Assembly: GCA_020057015.1 (NCBI GenBank)
Contig: JAGVGS010000083.1
Location: 1 to 37,742, forward strand
Origin: Candidatus Omnitrophota bacterium
Lineage (GTDB): Bacteria; Omnitrophota; Gorgyraeia; Aquiviventales; Aquiviventaceae
Length of the DNA: 37,742 bases
Direction of reading: 5' to 3'
Shown here one piece after another: positions 35,748 to 37,742 of this stretch. The notes beneath the pieces are model-generated. The model ran no database searches and was not told the DNA's origin. It saw nothing but the letters and a program-made list of their open reading frames with translations. The position numbers and the translations under genes were made by a program. Numbering within the stretch: position 1 is the stretch's first letter; the number at the start of each line of letters is the position of its first letter.

Positions 35748-37742
35748 AAAGCGTTTGTCCACACCTTGTCACTGCCCCATTGCTGCTGGTACGTTTCAAC
35801 GGCCGCGCGCAGCGCGACCTCACGCGTCAGGCCCTGCTCGCACGCCTCGAGAAACCATCGGACGAACATCCCAATGCGTCGGGCTGCCTGCCCATCGCGA
35901 AAGGGGTCCAAGTGGGAGAGCATTGTTGATAGATCTCCCACACTGCCTTGCGCTCCACCGGAGACAAAGAACTGCTCGACGGCCTGCCTCAACTGCTCTA
36001 ACTCCGTAAACATGACTTTTGGATTATCCCACTTGGTACTAGCGAACCAATCCTTCATAGGCCCTTCGGTCACCCTGGCAGGATCCCAGAACACCGTCCG
36101 GGCTCCAGCGAGCGCCGCCACGACTCCGCCAGAATTGTACCCTAAGGCCACCACCAGATCAGACGCCCGCGCAGCCTCGTGAACAGAACGATGTCCTTCC
36201 AGTAGGACTGCGCGCCCTTCAGCCATGAGCGCCTGGAGGCGCGCCAAGAATCCCGGGGTGGAGGCAAAGATCTTCGGGGTCGGATGCTTCGGTTTGATGA
36301 GCAATCCGATGCGGGGGTTGGCCTCGGCCCACGTCAACATCGCGTCGTAGAACTGGCGGTGCTGAGTTGAGGAATAGTGGCTCGCCAGGCCTAGCGATCG
36401 ATCGAGGACACCGATCACGCGTGTCGTCTCGCCAAAGCACCGCCGCATCGAGGCGACGCCCTGACTGGTCACCGGTCCGTCCGACAGATGATGAAAGATG
36501 CACCCTGTTTGCAAAATCACTTCCGCGCAGCTGCCCCAGCGATCCGAGACAATGGCTTGGTGCTGGGGCCCCCAGACCCCATAGACCTGGTGTAATGGTA
36601 AGAGCGCCCCACTGGTCGGGTACAGTTGACTCCAGTGGTACCCGAGGCGAATCGCCCCCACAAGATCCGCAGCCAGCGACATCGCGTCAAGGTTCGTCTC
36701 TTCCACACTAAACAGCACTTTGATATGCTCCGCTTCCATAAGCGCCTGCCACCGACGCAGGTGTCCTACCACGTGTGCACATCGAGCGACGTGCCATGCA
36801 GGCGCCATGCTCCGGGGAGCCTTGAGCAGCAGGCGCATCAGCCAGAGTCCGTCGAAGACGGTTCTGCTGATGGGTTGGGCCGGAAAACCCGCGGTGGGCG
36901 TTGTGGCGCTCGCATTCGCATCAGCATAAAGAATCCGGTATCGATAGCCGCCTCGTTGTAAGTGGTCGATGGCCTCATCCGTCGCCTGAGAACGAGCGCG
37001 GTCAAAAAAGATCAGGCATCGCGCAGGAGGCAGTCCGGAAGCGGCATACCACCATAAATCGTTTAATCGATCGGCCTCGCTGCCGAATCCCCACGCGTAT
37101 TCGAGGGCTACCGTCGCAGGCTTCACGGCGGCAACGGAGAGGCCAAACGTCCCCCACGCCTTCAGGCGCTGAGTCACCTGCCACAAGAGATAGAAGCACA
37201 ACCGAGCCACCCTAACCAAGGAGGACGTCCGAACATCGGCATAGCCAAGGAACTGGATCTGGACCGCTGGGCTGAACGATGTCCGAACTGCGTCAGTCAG
37301 GGCAGGGGCTAAGTCGGCCACGTTGGCTAGGACCAGCACCTGTGGCGCTCCGGAAAACAGCTGGCCCTGTTGCTGCGCAAGCAGCCCGAGCAGGATCGGG
37401 TCATAGATCTCCCGCTGCACGAGCTTGCGCCAGAACGCCCGCAGTCGTTGCGGTGCAATCCCGGCTGCAAACTGGGCGAATAAGAACCCCTCCGCTTCCA
37501 GTCGCTGGACCAGGGTGCACCCAACCTGCTGTACGGTGAGCTGTAACCAGTCATAGAGTGAACCCGCAGCGGGCATCTGGCTCGTGAGATCCGGCTCGAG
37601 CCGCTCGACATCGTGGCAGAGCTGCAACCACCGGATGAGGTGCAACCATCGCTCGCCCCAGCAGCCGCTCCGTAGGATCCGGATGGCTGTGACGCGATAG
37701 CGAAGTGACAGCCGCCAGAGCCGCAGACCTGAACAGAAGTTC
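35744..37742 (-). CDS. Large surface-carbohydrate biosynthesis protein with GT-B-like C-terminus; candidate CMP-ulosonate transferase (5'-truncated)
   Basis: The frame stays open upstream of TTG 37645 to the window edge. GYHWS, YGVWG, LLIKPKHP, SDLVVALGYNS and LDPFRDGQAARRI motifs resemble GT-B nucleotide-binding halves. Confidence 0.55.
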   Translation of the reverse strand, partial: NFCSGLRLWRLSLRYRVTAIRILRSGCWGERWLHLIRWLQLCHDVERLEPDLTSQMPAAGSLYDWLQLTVQQVGCTLVQRLEAEGFLFAQFAAGIAPQRLRAFWRKLVQREIYDPILLGLLAQQQGQLFSGAPQVLVLANVADLAPALTDAVRTSFSPAVQIQFLGYADVRTSSLVRVARLCFYLLWQVTQRLKAWGTFGLSVAAVKPATVALEYAWGFGSEADRLNDLWWYAASGLPPARCLIFFDRARSQATDEAIDHLQRGGYRYRILYADANASATTPTAGFPAQPISRTVFDGLWLMRLLLKAPRSMAPAWHVARCAHVVGHLRRWQALMEAEHIKVLFSVEETNLDAMSLAADLVGAIRLGYHWSQLYPTSGALLPLHQVYGVWGPQHQAIVSDRWGSCAEVILQTGCIFHHLSDGPVTSQGVASMRRCFGETTRVIGVLDRSLGLASHYSSTQHRQFYDAMLTWAEANPRIGLLIKPKHPTPKIFASTPGFLARLQALMAEGRAVLLEGHRSVHEAARASDLVVALGYNSGGVVAALAGARTVFWDPARVTEGPMKDWFASTKWDNPKVMFTELEQLRQAVEQFFVSGGAQGSVGDLSTMLSHLDPFRDGQAARRIGMFVRWFLEACEQGLTREVALRAAVETYQQQWGSDKVWTNAL

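Noticed and set aside
1917-35762. Long N-terminal extensions in the ORF track (starts at 2891, 4583, 7277, 8107, 9997, 12878, 23422, 24353, 25551 and others)
   Set aside because: They overlap upstream genes extensively. Internal starts that give short coupled overlaps and begin near the family's first motif fit better.
1-37742. CRISPR arrays, tRNA/rRNA, IS/transposase, integrase, tandem repeats, intrinsic terminators
   Set aside because: None seen. Coding density is almost complete and intergenic gaps are about 50 nt or less. Short or weak elements could be missed by eye.

Overview
GC-rich bacterial DNA holding part of one very large cell-envelope glycan (LPS/O-antigen-type) locus. About 33 CDSs lie almost all on the minus strand, tightly coupled by start/stop overlaps, and run directly into udg and a partial priA that the ORF track missed. 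The left part (about 2.5-15 kb) is core/glycolipid-like: a UgtP-like GT28, a deacetylase, a Rmd-like reductase, GT2s, two GT9 heptosyltransferase-like genes and a WaaL-like ligase. The middle has a WecA/MraY gene fused to a CapD-N-type domain, GT4s, further polytopic membrane proteins and many methyltransferases. The most interesting part (27.5-37.7 kb) is an apparently coherent module for an unusual CMP-activated sugar acid: mutarotase-like, two SDRs, a TIM-barrel isomerase/decarboxylase, a divergent KdsB, a 2-hydroxyacid dehydrogenase, a GT2 fused to a Zn-dehydrogenase, and a large KHP-motif GT-B-like candidate transferase. No KdsA/NeuB-type synthase is visible in the window. Other points: a frameshifted FkbM gene, a lone plus-strand methyltransferase with an apparent leaderless sigma70 promoter, a tiny TM + leucine-zipper protein, and a family-4 UDG with a His in place of an Fe-S Cys. 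The gene mix resembles Candidatus Omnitrophota, but that is an unverified impression. I saw no rRNA, tRNA, CRISPR or IS elements. All calls come from reading motifs by eye; no searches were run.
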